Shown piece by piece: positions 52,801 to 63,550 of a stretch of 64,000 nt of DNA; the stretch's first letter is position 1, and every line of letters starts with the position of its first letter. The stretch spans positions 4,030,001 through 4,094,000 of the forward strand of contig NC_047071.1 of assembly GCF_902459465.1 (NCBI RefSeq). Reading direction: 5' to 3'. A model generated the notes under the pieces. It was not told the origin of the DNA, did no database searches, and saw only the letters and a program-made list of their open reading frames with translations. The stretch comes from Asterias rubens (lineage: Eukaryota). The position numbers were made by a program, and so were the translations under genes.

Positions 52801-55800
52801 ACAAATCCTCTGCAGAAAAGCTTGTTCATGCTTTCATTACATGCCGCCTTGATTTCTTCAATAGTCTTCTTCTTGGTCTACCTGACTCAGAAATCTCTAA
52901 ACTACAGCGAGGTTAGGACTCGCCATCCAGATTGGCCACAGCACCTTACACAAGTTACAAAGCGCTGTACATAGTTTCTACAATTAAACACAAGTTATAA
53001 TAACTTAGCTTAGCAAAAAAGCAAATGAGTTTTTGACATGGCTTTGAAGGATTCAAGAGATGATGCTTAACGGATGTGAAGAGGTAGATTGTTCCATATA
53101 ATAATAATAATAGTAGTCGATATTTATATAGCGCTTAATACACCCGAACGGCGTCTCAAAGCGCTGATAGGTGTGCTGACTGTGAAAGCTTGTTGGCCGG
53201 ATCGCGTGTAGGTGTGGGGTACACGCAGGCACTTTGTCAATGATGTTGGTCAATGACGTCATGTGCAATCCATCTATACTTGAACTATCTTTTGTTAGTA
53301 ATAGTCCACATTTAGGTACAGAGAATTAGATGCCCCATAGCCCACACACAATAGACCCTTCCCATGAAATAATGTAAATTGCACATAGCGCGTGCACACT
53401 AACGTTTTGGTTGGCAAAATGAGGGAACATCGCGGTGTTTTATACACGGCTAATGGGTGCGTGACGCAGACGTGATTGCGCGTCTGCTTAGTGCACAACT
53501 CTATGGCGTTTGCCAACCAACATGGTCTGTACGCATGCGTGAATGTAATTAGAATATTTCATGGGAAGGGTCCATTCACCATTGCTTTGTGATAAATTGC
53601 AACCCGTTTTTGTTTACTCTGAGCAGAAGGTACGTGGTCTTGTGATGAGTGATAGAGTGAAAGAGCTTGATGCGTGCTGTCTGGTGGCACTGTATGGTCT
53701 CCGCTACGAAAGACATAGTAACAATGACTTCATGACGTTACTGAACGCACTCAGCAGAAAGGGAGTCAGTGAAAGAAACAAAAGGGTTTGTAGATCATCT
53801 CAACCAATCAGAATGCCCCATTACCTACTTGTATATCATCTGAAACAATCAGAATACCCCGTTACCTACTGGTATGATCATCTGGACCAATCATAATACC
53901 CCATTACCTACTGGTATATCATCTGGACCAATCAGAATACCCCATTACCTACTGGTATACCATCTGGACCAATCAGAATACCCCATTACCTACTGGTATA
54001 CCATCTGGACCAATCAGAATACCCCATTACCTACTGGTATATCATCTGGACCAATCAGAATACCCCGTTACCTACTCCTCTTCACATGTCAGGAAGTTGG
54101 GCTCTACAACCTTCGACCTGGCACGTAAAAATAGAGAGTGTCCCAGTGGCAGTTCGTTCGTAAAATATGAAAAGCATTAAGAGACGCTTTACTTTACATG
54201 GTTAGAACTTCTTCTATGACACAGTTTGTCCATTTTCATGCTGAATGCATCTAATGCAAAGATGACGAATAACTGTCTTATTTTATTTTTCTTGAACCAT
54301 AATCATCTTGACCCCGTCATTTGCAAATCCATGAACAATTATATTTTCAACTTCTACCAATGTTTTGCGCACCATTTCAAAGATGTATTGAAACTCATTC
54401 AGTGTTTCTGATGTGTATTTTCTATAGTTGGTGAGAGCTGTAGTGGAGTATGGTGGTGAACGGAGCCGAGGGACGGATCTATTTGGTCAGAATAATCCTA
54501 TCTCAAGAACGAGGAGGTTCTTCAAGGGACTCAAGGTATTATAGAAGCAATATAACTTTCTGTAAACTTTGCTGAACATTTTACCTGACTCTGTTGACCC
54601 AACTCACCACTAGACCTTACAAGTGTCTATACGCCTGCAGTTGTGGACCTTCTATTGTCCCTGTTTTGTTTATATTAACTTTTTGGCAACAGCTCCCATT
54701 GGTTTTGTACACGTTTCCCAACTGTGGTCCTTTCCTGAACCGTGGACTCTATTGTCCCCTTTGGTTACGAGTCCCCAGTTTGAATCTGTATACCTACTCT
54801 CCAAGACTGCCTCTAGCTACCATGCGATCTCTGTGGTCTAGTGGTAAGACATCCACTTTAGAATGGTAATGGTCGTGGGTTCAAATCCCACTCTAATCTA
54901 ATAATAAGCCTGTGGATTGTTTCACGGGACTCGGGGGGTGGGGGGGGGGCTGAGTGTGTCGAGTTTTACACACATCGGTGTGTGGGTAAACCCTAAGGAA
55001 AAAATTTGACACAAAACTAATTACATAAGACGACAGAATAGTGTTTCTTGATTGTTGACGAACCTTAAAAAGAGGGTTTGGTTTAGTCAGTCTCAACGTA
55101 GGTTTTGAAAGTTTGTAATTGATTTGCTTGTTGATTGTAGGGAGTTGAGAACATCTACACCCAGCACACACCGTTACTGCAGGAGACTTTGGATCAGTTG
55201 ATTAAGGGGAAACTGAAGGAGGGAAGCTATCCATACCTCGGGCCAAGTCAACTCAAAGACAGGTGAGTGAATCGTAGCAGATCAAACTCTATTTCTAGGC
55301 CTAATTGCATAAAGCGGAATTACAGATCAGCCAATGGACCCTTCCCATGAAATATGCTAATCACATTCACGCATGCGTACAGACCCTGTTGGTTGGCAAA
55401 CGCAATAGAGTTGTGCACTAAGCAGACGCGTAATCGCGTATGCGTCACGCACCCATTAGCCGTGTACAAAACAGCGCGATGTTTCCTCATTTTGCCAACC
55501 AAAACGTTAGTGCGCACGCACTATGTGCAATTTACATATTTCATGGGAAGGGTCTATTGCAGAATTTATATTTCATAACCATGCTAGATTTTCTCCATGA
55601 TGTCATATGCTCTTATTTGATATAATTCTTGTGATTAAACCATTTTCATTTGTGTGTTTTACAGACCGCAGGATATCATTGTGTTCATGGTCGGTGGGAT
55701 TACATATGAAGAGGCGCTGGCCGTTTATAATATCAATAAATCAACTCCAGGTGTGAGGATCGTCCTTGGTGGAACCACAGTACACAACTCACAGACGTAA

Positions 55801-56334
55801 GTTTCCTCATAATATTGACGTTCAGACTCGAAACTAGCATTGACACACCATAAACTCATCTCCCAATTAAGGGATAGCACACAATTGGGTTTGTCACTAG
55901 AGCAGATGTCTTTATTGGGGTGTTGTGGCTAAGCGGATAAGAGCACTGAACTCAAGCTCTGGTGCTTCTGTTCAGCAGAGTGTGGGTTCGAATCCCGCTG
56001 GTGACACTTTGTGTCCCTGAGCAAGACACTTAACTATAATTGCTTCTCTCTACCCAGGGGTAAATGGGTACCTGTGAGGGCAGAGATGGATCTTGTGATT
56101 GAAAAATATTATTTTAAAAAAACATTATTAATGGAAAAACAAGCGGGTTTTGAGGTTGGATTTCAATGAAAACAGGGATTGTTTGTGACATAGTTTTAAG
56201 AAAAAGATTGTTCCTGTTATCCATAGAGGTTTGTGACTTAAAGTTAAATCAAAGCAGACAGTTTAAAGTATTTGTGTGGTTTCATTTTGAACAGGTACCT
56301 TGAAGAGGTTGCCATGGCTCAGCATATGTCATGA
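46854..56334 (+). CDS. VPS45: Vacuolar protein sorting-associated protein 45 (Sec1/Munc18 family), 554 aa, 15 coding exons
   Basis: Exons 46854-46949, 47527-47661, 48226-48286, 48718-48797, 49453-49521, 50111-50248, 50562-50672, 50968-51102, 51595-51705, 52538-52705, 53627-53785, 54428-54535, 55141-55262, 55665-55796 and 56295-56334. Total 1665 nt, in phase. Hallmark peptides: [64 protein letters not shown]. Confidence 0.97.
47322..47449. mobile_element. Foldback MITE (AGACCCAGTAACTGGGGCGCTGTACTCC TIR)
   Basis: About 45-bp imperfect inverted arms in VPS45 intron 1. Confidence 0.7.
48420..48660 (+). mobile_element. SINE-like repeat, third family (reverse copies at about 37540-37720 and 40795-40885)
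   Basis: Shared GGTCGGAGTAGTTGTGTC...CTCGCCT...GGTTCAAATC head across the three positions. Confidence 0.55.
48999..49292. mobile_element. AT-TSD MITE with CTCF-like TIR motifs, containing a nested AT-TSD MITE (49050-49199)
   Basis: AT|AGGAGACTTT...AAAGTCTCCC|AT; nested AT|AGACCTTATCGCAAATACC...GGTATTTGCGATAAGGTCT|AT. Confidence 0.75.
49750..50082 (-). mobile_element. tRNA-derived SINE, second family
   Basis: Reverse-strand B box GGTTCGATTCCCGGCC and the GAGGGAGGAAAACCGGA...GAAAACCCTCG block typical of SINE bodies. Confidence 0.65.
50284..50450. mobile_element. MITE family F copy in VPS45 intron 6
   Basis: GGCCCAATTTCAT...ATGAAATTGGGCC. Confidence 0.75.
51218..51393. mobile_element. TTAA-flanked MITE family E, short deletion form (VPS45 intron 8)
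   Basis: TTAA|AGCCATTGGACCCTTTCGG...AAAGGGTCCAATGGCT|TTAA. Confidence 0.8.
51739..52111. mobile_element. TTAA-flanked MITE family E, long form (VPS45 intron 9)
   Basis: Same TIR and orientation as 51218-51393, with about 200 bp of extra internal sequence. Confidence 0.8.
52782..52910 (+). mobile_element. L2-clade LINE reverse transcriptase C-terminal fragment in VPS45 intron 10
   Basis: [43 protein letters not shown] matches the L2 motif KLVHAFVTSRLDYCNSLL.GLP. Confidence 0.8.
53353..53573. mobile_element. AT-TSD MITE (AGACCCTTCCCATGAAATA TIR) in VPS45 intron 10
   Basis: TIRs at both ends; near reverse complement of 55336-55555. Confidence 0.85.
53798..54076. repeat. 41-bp minisatellite, about 7 copies
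   Basis: Unit TCATCTGGACCAATCAGAATACCCCATTACCTACTGGTATA; register points at 53798, 53839, 53881, 53922, 53963, 54004 and 54045. Confidence 0.95.
55336..55555. mobile_element. AT-TSD MITE, inverted copy, in VPS45 intron 13
   Basis: Near reverse complement of 53353-53573. Confidence 0.85.
55917..56100 (+). mobile_element. 5' half of the same SINE in the last VPS45 intron
   Basis: Highly similar to 6222-6405. Confidence 0.85.
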
Positions 56335-56782
56335 GAAAGGCTCCAGGCAGAGTAGAGACTCGTACTACTTCCGGAGGTACACGAGTACAGAAATACAGTT
56401 TGATCCATGACTGACTCACTTATTATGTACCTAGTGGGTTGCCTCGAGCCTCACTTATACACAGTTGCTGCTGATCGGAAAGGATCGAAAGCACCACATG
56501 ATGATAATACATGTAATATATAATATACAGTCTTTATATGGGGCACCCATCGACCAGTAAGATACTCAAGGCGCTTGAACAAAAACAATTTTTTTTTTTT
56601 TTTAATGAGACTAATTTTATGGCACCTTATCAAGATTTACTAGGTGCTGTGACCAGTCAGCAGCTACTGCCAAAAGAACTGGGGCAAACCCCCTTCTCCC
56701 AAGCAATAAGAGTAACTGGGTTCAGACCTACAGCTTTTTGTCCCATCATAAGGAAGCAGCCATAATGGATTTAGTGTGTTGC

Positions 56783-57303
56783 TTAAAGGGTGGCTGCAGT
56801 GTTTTTTTAAAATAATTTAAACGATTAAACATGACTTTTTAAACCTGAAGTATTTTTTCTTATTTTTTATTAAATGCGCAAGTATTTTAAAAATGGTTTT
56901 CAAGAGATAAGGGGAACCCACCCCGCCCCTAAAAGGGGCATAAACGTGACGTCATGTCGGGAACCCGAGTCATCCGGCCCCCTGGCTGTGTGCATATAGA
57001 GACGTGTGCACTGTGTGGCCTGGTACCTAGGCGCGTGTAGTTAGGGACCAGACTCTTTAGCCGGACTAGACTCTTTAGACTCTTTAGCATTTTTGCCGAC
57101 GATATGTTTGAATTCCCGACATGACGTCGATGGTGGGGGAGCTAACAATCCACAAAAGGGGGGCACGACTTATTGCTAATTACGCAAGTGAGATATGTCG
57201 AGGAAAAAACAAAACACATTTTATTGATGTTCATTACATATATCAGAAATAAATGACAGCAAAATTAACTGTTTTATTTTAATTCACTGCAGCATCCCTT
57301 TAA
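56783..57303. mobile_element. TTAA-flanked MITE inserted into a SINE
   Basis: TTAA|AGGGTGGCTGCAGTG...CACTGCAGCATCCCT|TTAA; the SINE sequence resumes on both sides. Confidence 0.8.
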
Positions 57304-57800
57304 GAACACAAGTGGCACAGACGGGACTCGAACCAACAGTCTGCTGATCAGAATAGAAACGCCAGAGCTCGAGTCTGGTGCTCTTAATCGTTTTGGCAAG
57401 ACACGCCACAGACCTCTTGTTTTCATTCAGACAGTCCCCACCCTGTTGACCCACCCTGGTCATTTCTTTCTTTTAAATAAATGTTACAGCTTTACAGCGA
57501 TTGAAACCAATATACATGGACATTCCAGTTAAAAGTTAGGTTTTTAATGTGTAGATAAATACAGTATAATTTAATGCATAATCCAATGTCTCACTTGTGC
57601 CCAATTTTCATACAACTAGCAAACGTTATGCTTAGCAAGAAATTAGTGGGGTAACTAGTATTTTATTTCTGCTAAGCATGATTTTGATGTGCTTGGGAAA
57701 ATGCTCATCGCAGAATTCTGCAGGTTTCACATGAAACTGATTATCAAGAAACTTTACACCACAACTACAGAGTCTAATTTTTCTTTTACTTAGTTTTTAC

Positions 57801-58184
57801 TTGAAGACAGTGGACACTTGGTAATTGTCAAAGACCAGTCTTCTCACTTGGTGTATCTCAACATATACATAAAATAACCAACCTGTGAAAATTTGAGCTC
57901 AATCGGTCGTCGAAGTTGCGAGATAACAAGGAAAGAAAAAACACCCTTGTCACACGAAGTTGTGCGCGTTCAGATGCTTGATTTCGAGTCCTCAAATTCT
58001 AAACTCGAGGTCTCGTAATCAAATTCGTGGAAAATTACTTCTTTCTCGAAAACTACGTCACTTCAGAGGGAGCCGTTTCTCACAATGTTTTATACCATTA
58101 ACCTCTCCCCATTACTCGTTACCAAGTAAGGTTTTATGCTAATAATTATTTTAAGTAATTACCAATAGTGTCCACTGCCTTTAA
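57801..58184. mobile_element. MITE family A copy
   Basis: TIRs, family core, right TTAA. Confidence 0.85.
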
Positions 58185-58589
58185 TTAAGAGATTTTTTCT
58201 GTACAATTCTTTTGATGGATGTGTTTATGAAGTGGGATATTTTGAGGATATGGGACGGTCTTTAGACAATAGAGACTTGTTGTTGGGACAAGTTCAAAGT
58301 GTTACTAAGAATATGTAGCCAGAAATCACTGCCGACTCAAAAGTGGTTCTAGATTTGATAAACATGCCGACAATTTCGTAAATTCTTGAAGAATAGTGTA
58401 TACTCTGTGGTTGGGCAAGAAAGGAAATTGTGTTTTGCTTTGAAGTATGTGTCAAATTTAAATGTCAAGTTTGTGAATGGATTTAAAGGTGAATTCATAA
58501 CAGTGCTTATGCCTTCTGTAAATTAATTGTAATTAAAGTACGTTGATGTAACAGTAATGTAATGTTTAACAGTGTAAATACATAGTCTT

Positions 58590-58649
58590 AATAAAACACT
58601 AAAAAACATATCATGAAATAATTTGTGTGTGAACTTGTACTGCTTTATT
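58590..58649. terminator. Candidate bidirectional polyadenylation site (VPS45 +, ADPGK -)
   Basis: AATAAA on + at 58590-58595 is followed by TTTGTGTGTG. AATAAA on - at 58644-58649 is followed on that strand by TGTTTTTTAGTGTTTT. Confidence 0.4.
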
Positions 58650-59781
58650 AAAGTTAAAAATTGTATGAAAAATCTGTTGAAACAATTCTTTGATACTAAA
58701 GAAGATTAGCACACGCAATTCAGTCTTTGAGACAAACCAAGTGTTTTAGAAGTACCTGTTGGGGCAACTACATCAGGCTATTGACAATTTTTGTATCTAA
58801 ATATTTCTGACATTAATTTATCCAATTTCATGAATGGACTAATAATAAAATAAAGTAAATATGATTGTCAAAATAGATTTGGCGAGAAAACCACAACACA
58901 CACATTAGATGCATAGTTATTACATAAAATTCTCTGCTAAAACTAAATTGTTTGTCACTATTCTTATTTCAGAATTTGTTATGGTCTTAAGAAATAAATT
59001 ATGCAGGTACGAAATTTAGAAAAAAAGATGGAAAATTTGCTTGACTACATGGGCTGACATCCATGTACATATGATACAGGTTTTTATAGAATTTCCAGGC
59101 TAACTAACAACAATTTAACTAATTTTACTGAGGGGAAAACAATATCGGAAATCAGACTTAAGTAGAGAGAGTACCATGCCTAATGACGGTTGTTCTAACT
59201 ACAAGAATTGTTCATGATGTAAAATCAACAGTTATAGAAAATCAAAGAACAGAACTTCCCGTTATAGTTGAAGAAAATATTAAAATTTCTTTCAGAATAT
59301 TTCATACATAATTTATAAGAAAAAGAAAAAATCAAATGGCAAGCTACACTTAAATCTAAAGTGTGTTGGTTTTGACGATGCACACCTTATTCAATGGAAT
59401 GTTTAACATATTCAACCTCATCAAAAGAAAACCTAAAAAGTTAGTTTTGAAAACAACTACTACTATACTTTTAAAATAGGCAACTTGGTATAACTGGCCA
59501 CATTAGGGCGATGTAACCATGTTGTCAGAGTGTCGTCACATCAATCTACAGGTCACAGGTCAAATCCTAAATTTGTCTTCGTTCAAACGAAAATTAACTT
59601 CAAAAAGTTGAGCAATGTTATGTTATTATCAGTGACACTGGCTAATTTCTTGCCATTCTCTCAAAACATGAAGGGAAACAATTAACTAATTAGCATTTTT
59701 CTCTATATTTTGTAAAAGCAGAGGCATTTTATATGAGCACCTTCACACACAGTTTGTATCCTACTCGTCTAATGGACGATT

Positions 59782-62700
59782 TCATTTGTGTGTATATTGT
59801 GAGTATAACATTCCAGTTGCTGATATTGCATCTCCAAGTCCGACAGTTTTCCCCGGTTTCTTGCACACGAGAACCGGGCTGAAATGAAATGTAACATCCC
59901 CTCTCTGCCATTTCAGAAGGGGCTTACTGGGGTCAAAGGTTATAACTTGTTTCCTCAATGGAGCGTAGTCTACGGACAACGAAAACACTTTCGGTATGCG
60001 CAGATCTACTTTAGCTGGATTGATGGGTATATCACCACACGCCTGGCGACCAGCAATTCGGGCACCGACCCCTACAGCAGACAGACTGTTATCCCAGTGG
60101 TTAGGTAAAGTAGCTATGATGTGAAACGTTAACGAATGAAAATGCACTCTAGTCAGCAGTGACCTCTGACCTTCAATCAGAGCGGTTAGAATCCAGTAGA
60201 GAATGTCGGCCACGGCGCCGATTTCAGGGTAGCCGTTTTCATCAGCTGTGAGGTCCGCGTGGGGACCCTGGTTGGAGCGGGACACCAGACCAAGCTCTTG
60301 CTCGTTTAAGCCCAAGGAATGAACCACTGGTAAGAGCTGAAAAGGAAAGAAGAGATAAACAAAAATAGAAAACAACAAATTACCATTGAGAACTTATGAT
60401 AAAAATCAATACTGAATGTGTCATGTAAAGCTCATACTCTCCAATAACATTGACATGGCTGAGATATTATGAAAACTTTTACCTTTTTGAGAGGACAAAT
60501 CATCACATTCTTTCAATTTCCTTTAAGATTCTTGTTACTGTGGTGTGCTGTTTGGCAGTAGTATACAGCTAATAGTGCACCGCGGTATCCAGTTAATACT
60601 TATCCCACAAAAACAGCAGAGAATTATATTTTGCCCTCATAAACTTGACGTGTGAAAAAGGCAAAGTAGCCAAATTTCAATTGAGTTTTTATCGTTATTC
60701 ATTTCATCAAGAGTAAAAAACATGCTAATACTAAACAAGTCCATACCGTTTTAGCTATGAGTCGAACCAGTTGTTCATTGGCCATGCTAGCCAACTCCAG
60801 GTGGACAGGTAGACTCTTAGGGAGCTTGCCAAGCTCAATGTCCATGGCGTGGATTTTTTCAATCTGCTTAGCGAGACCGCTGCTGTCTAGAAGATGAAGA
60901 CCCGAGAACATCACAACGTCCGGCTGGAAATCTGAAGAGAAATGAATGAAAGTAAAGTTGTTGATACGCGCAAAACTTGTACAGTCTTAAACCCTTTTTA
61001 CACTCCTCTTATTTCCCAGAGGCGACCCTGGGGAATAATGGCCGGCCCTTTCACACTTGGATTTCTTTACCCCTGACCTGCACCCAACAAATGGGCATAC
61101 CCCGAGGGGCAGCCACCCCAAGGGGCAGCCACCCCAAGGGGCAGCCACCCCAAGGGGCAGCCACCCCAAGGGGCAGCCACCCCTGCTATGGAGTAGGCGG
61201 AAGCAGTGAAACCCTGGGGTATTCTTGAAACGTGCAACCGGAACTTAGTGGAATAAGGACCTAGTCGGGCACAGTGTAAAAGTGCACCAGGGTAACCATG
61301 AGGTTAAACTCCTGGGGCACCCTAGGGCTGTAATCCAGGGCCCAATTTCATAGAGCTGCTTAAGCACAAAATTTTTCTTAAGCAAAAGAATCCTTGCTTA
61401 GTAAAATCAGATTACCGGCCAAGACTCGACTCAATTGTTATGCTAAGTGAACAACAGCTAATTACCAGTCACAATCAATGTATATGGCATAACATTTTGG
61501 CCAGTAACATGTGTAAAATAGGCCAGCTGTTTTCGTGCTTAGCAGCTCCATGAAATTGGCCCCAGGGGGAAAGAGATGCAGTGTGAAAAGTGCTTATAAG
61601 TATCGATGAATGAAACAAACTTAACAAGTTATTTATGGCTACCTTTGATGCTTGAGGTGAAGACGTCCAATCCTTCCAGCTCCGCATTAGCGACGTCATG
61701 TGATGTTATGAAGCGTGTTGCTATGGGTGTGGTCAGCTTACCCCATCGTTCTCCTTTGCCATACTCCATGATCAGATGGATCTCGTCTGTTTCTCGTACA
61801 CTTGACTCTGATATCTTAACTTTACTGGGCATTAATCTCCGGACAATTGGTCCGGCTGGCCCAATGAGAAGAATCTGCGATAAATTTTCAAAATTGAAAG
61901 GAAGTTTGCATTTAAAGTCAACTGGAAGTGGTATTTTGTCGAAATAAAGCTTTTGTCACTAATATATGTGTTTTGATGAGTGGACTAAACATCTACTTTT
62001 ATGTTTGAAAAAATAAAAATTTTATTTCCAGGCGACTTTAACTTAGTTCTTGACGAGCAGAAGCTTGGTGAAAGTTGAGCTTTTAGTTGGAACTTTACAA
62101 ATGGCGCCATCATAATGTGATAAGCTCGAATTAAGCTGGGTCCAAATGCCTGGCTCTGTTTACTGTGCTTTACAGAGCCTGTGAAGCACATAATTCTATA
62201 AGCGCAGAACTCCGCGATAAGCACAGCCATGAAATTGGACCCATACGTACTCACCTCTACATCCTCGGTAAGCTGTGCCATCATGTATGCCATCAACGCT
62301 GCATTGCCTCCTATGCTATACTGTTATATTAAATAAGAACAAATTGTCAGGATGAAGACACTGTTAGAGAGACCAATGGGAGACTTTCTGGGACAATAGA
62401 GGGCAGCAGACTTACCGGGTAAATCCATTGTTCTCAGAATTATGCGCATGTTCAGAACTACGTAAACAATGGAAATTTACCCGGTATGTCTGCTGCCACC
62501 TAGCGTTGGAAAGTCTCCTATTAATAACTCTCTCTGTGGCCGTGAAGTTAATAACCTCACCATGCAATGTTTTAAACCCCACATCATAACAATAATCTTG
62601 TAGGTACATTTTCTGTCGGGTGATGAGAAGCAAAAAACAAAATACAAATCACCATGGCACTATTGACACCTCATCTTAAAGGCAGTGGACACTATTGGTA

Positions 62701-63336
62701 GTTACTCAAAAAATTTATTGGCATAAATCCTTTCTTGGTGACGTCACGAGTAATGGGGAGAGGTTGATGGTATAAAACATTGTGAGAAACGGCTCACTCT
62801 GAAGTGCCAAAGTTTTCGAGAAAGAAGTAATTTTCCACGGATTTGATTTCGAGACCTCAGGTTTATAACTTGAGGTCTCAAAATCAACCATCTAAACGCA
62901 CCAAACTTCGTGTGACAAGGGTGTTTTTTTTCTTTCATTATTATCTCGCAGGTTTGATGACCAATTGAGCTCAAATTTTCACAGGTTTGTTATTTTATGC
63001 ATAATGTTGAGATACACCAACTGCGAAGGCTAGTCTGTGACAATTGCCAATAGTGTCCACTGCCTTTAAGATGAATCTTAGAGAAATCAGCCCCTGATTC
63101 TTGACCATACCTCTTTGACCTCCAGCTTGTCTGCAGCCTCTATAACAGTATCAAACACATCACCAACGGCAAAATACCTCTCCGCCGCAGCACCAGATGC
63201 AAAGAAATTACCAAAGCTTTCTTGTAGATCGGTCAGTGAGTTGAGTAAGGCATGATCTTCGGTTGCACCTTGCTTGATGTTGAGTTTGTCCAGCAAAGCT
63301 GTAGCTGAGACTATCAGATCAGCATTGATGTTTAAT
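59782..63336 (-). CDS. ADPGK: ADP-dependent glucokinase, 5'-partial (first coding exon lies beyond 64000)
   Basis: Minus-strand exons 63111-63336 (NINADLIV...GAAAERYF), 62255-62320 (YSIGGNAALMA), 61643-61874 (DEIHLIMEY...RFITSHD), 60747-60931 (SGLHLL...HLELASM) and 59782-60336 (GLNEQEL...RVHFHSLTFH...TVGLGDAISATG, ribokinase-fold GxGD catalytic motif). All GT-AG and in phase. Confidence 0.95.
61105..61183. repeat. 16-bp tandem repeat, 5 copies
   Basis: (AGGGGCAGCCACCCCA)x5 in an ADPGK intron. Confidence 0.95.
61339..61562. mobile_element. MITE family F copy in an ADPGK intron
   Basis: CAG|GGCCCAATTTCATAGAGC...GCTCCATGAAATTGGCCC|CAG. Confidence 0.8.
61912..62041. mobile_element. Internally deleted copy of the TTAA-AGTCA element
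   Basis: TTAA|AGTCAACTGGAA...TTCCAGGCGACT|TTAA; its internal sequence matches 1-45 and 500-552. Confidence 0.7.
62378..62519. mobile_element. AT-TSD MITE with CTCF-like TIR motifs
   Basis: AT|GGGAGACTTT...AAAGTCTCCT|AT; same family as 48999-49292. Confidence 0.75.
62676..63069. mobile_element. MITE family A copy in an ADPGK intron
   Basis: TTAA at both ends with full TIRs. Confidence 0.85.
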
Positions 63337-63550
63337 CTGTGATTTAACGATGATTAATAAGTAACTGAACATTGTGGTTTGTGGTTCATTGCACCACCAG
63401 TTATATGCTAATTAAGGGGATTACAATATAGGGGAGCAGAGTTAATGAACCATTGGATTAGATAAGTTTAGATTAGAAAATAGAATTAGCTGTTGCAAAC
63501 AAATTACCAACCAAATGGACCGAGAGTATCAATGCAAAAAATAGTTAATG

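Noticed and set aside
53798-54076. Regularly spaced repeats resembling a CRISPR array
   Set aside because: The units are contiguous with no unique spacers, there are no cas genes, and the context is a eukaryotic intron.
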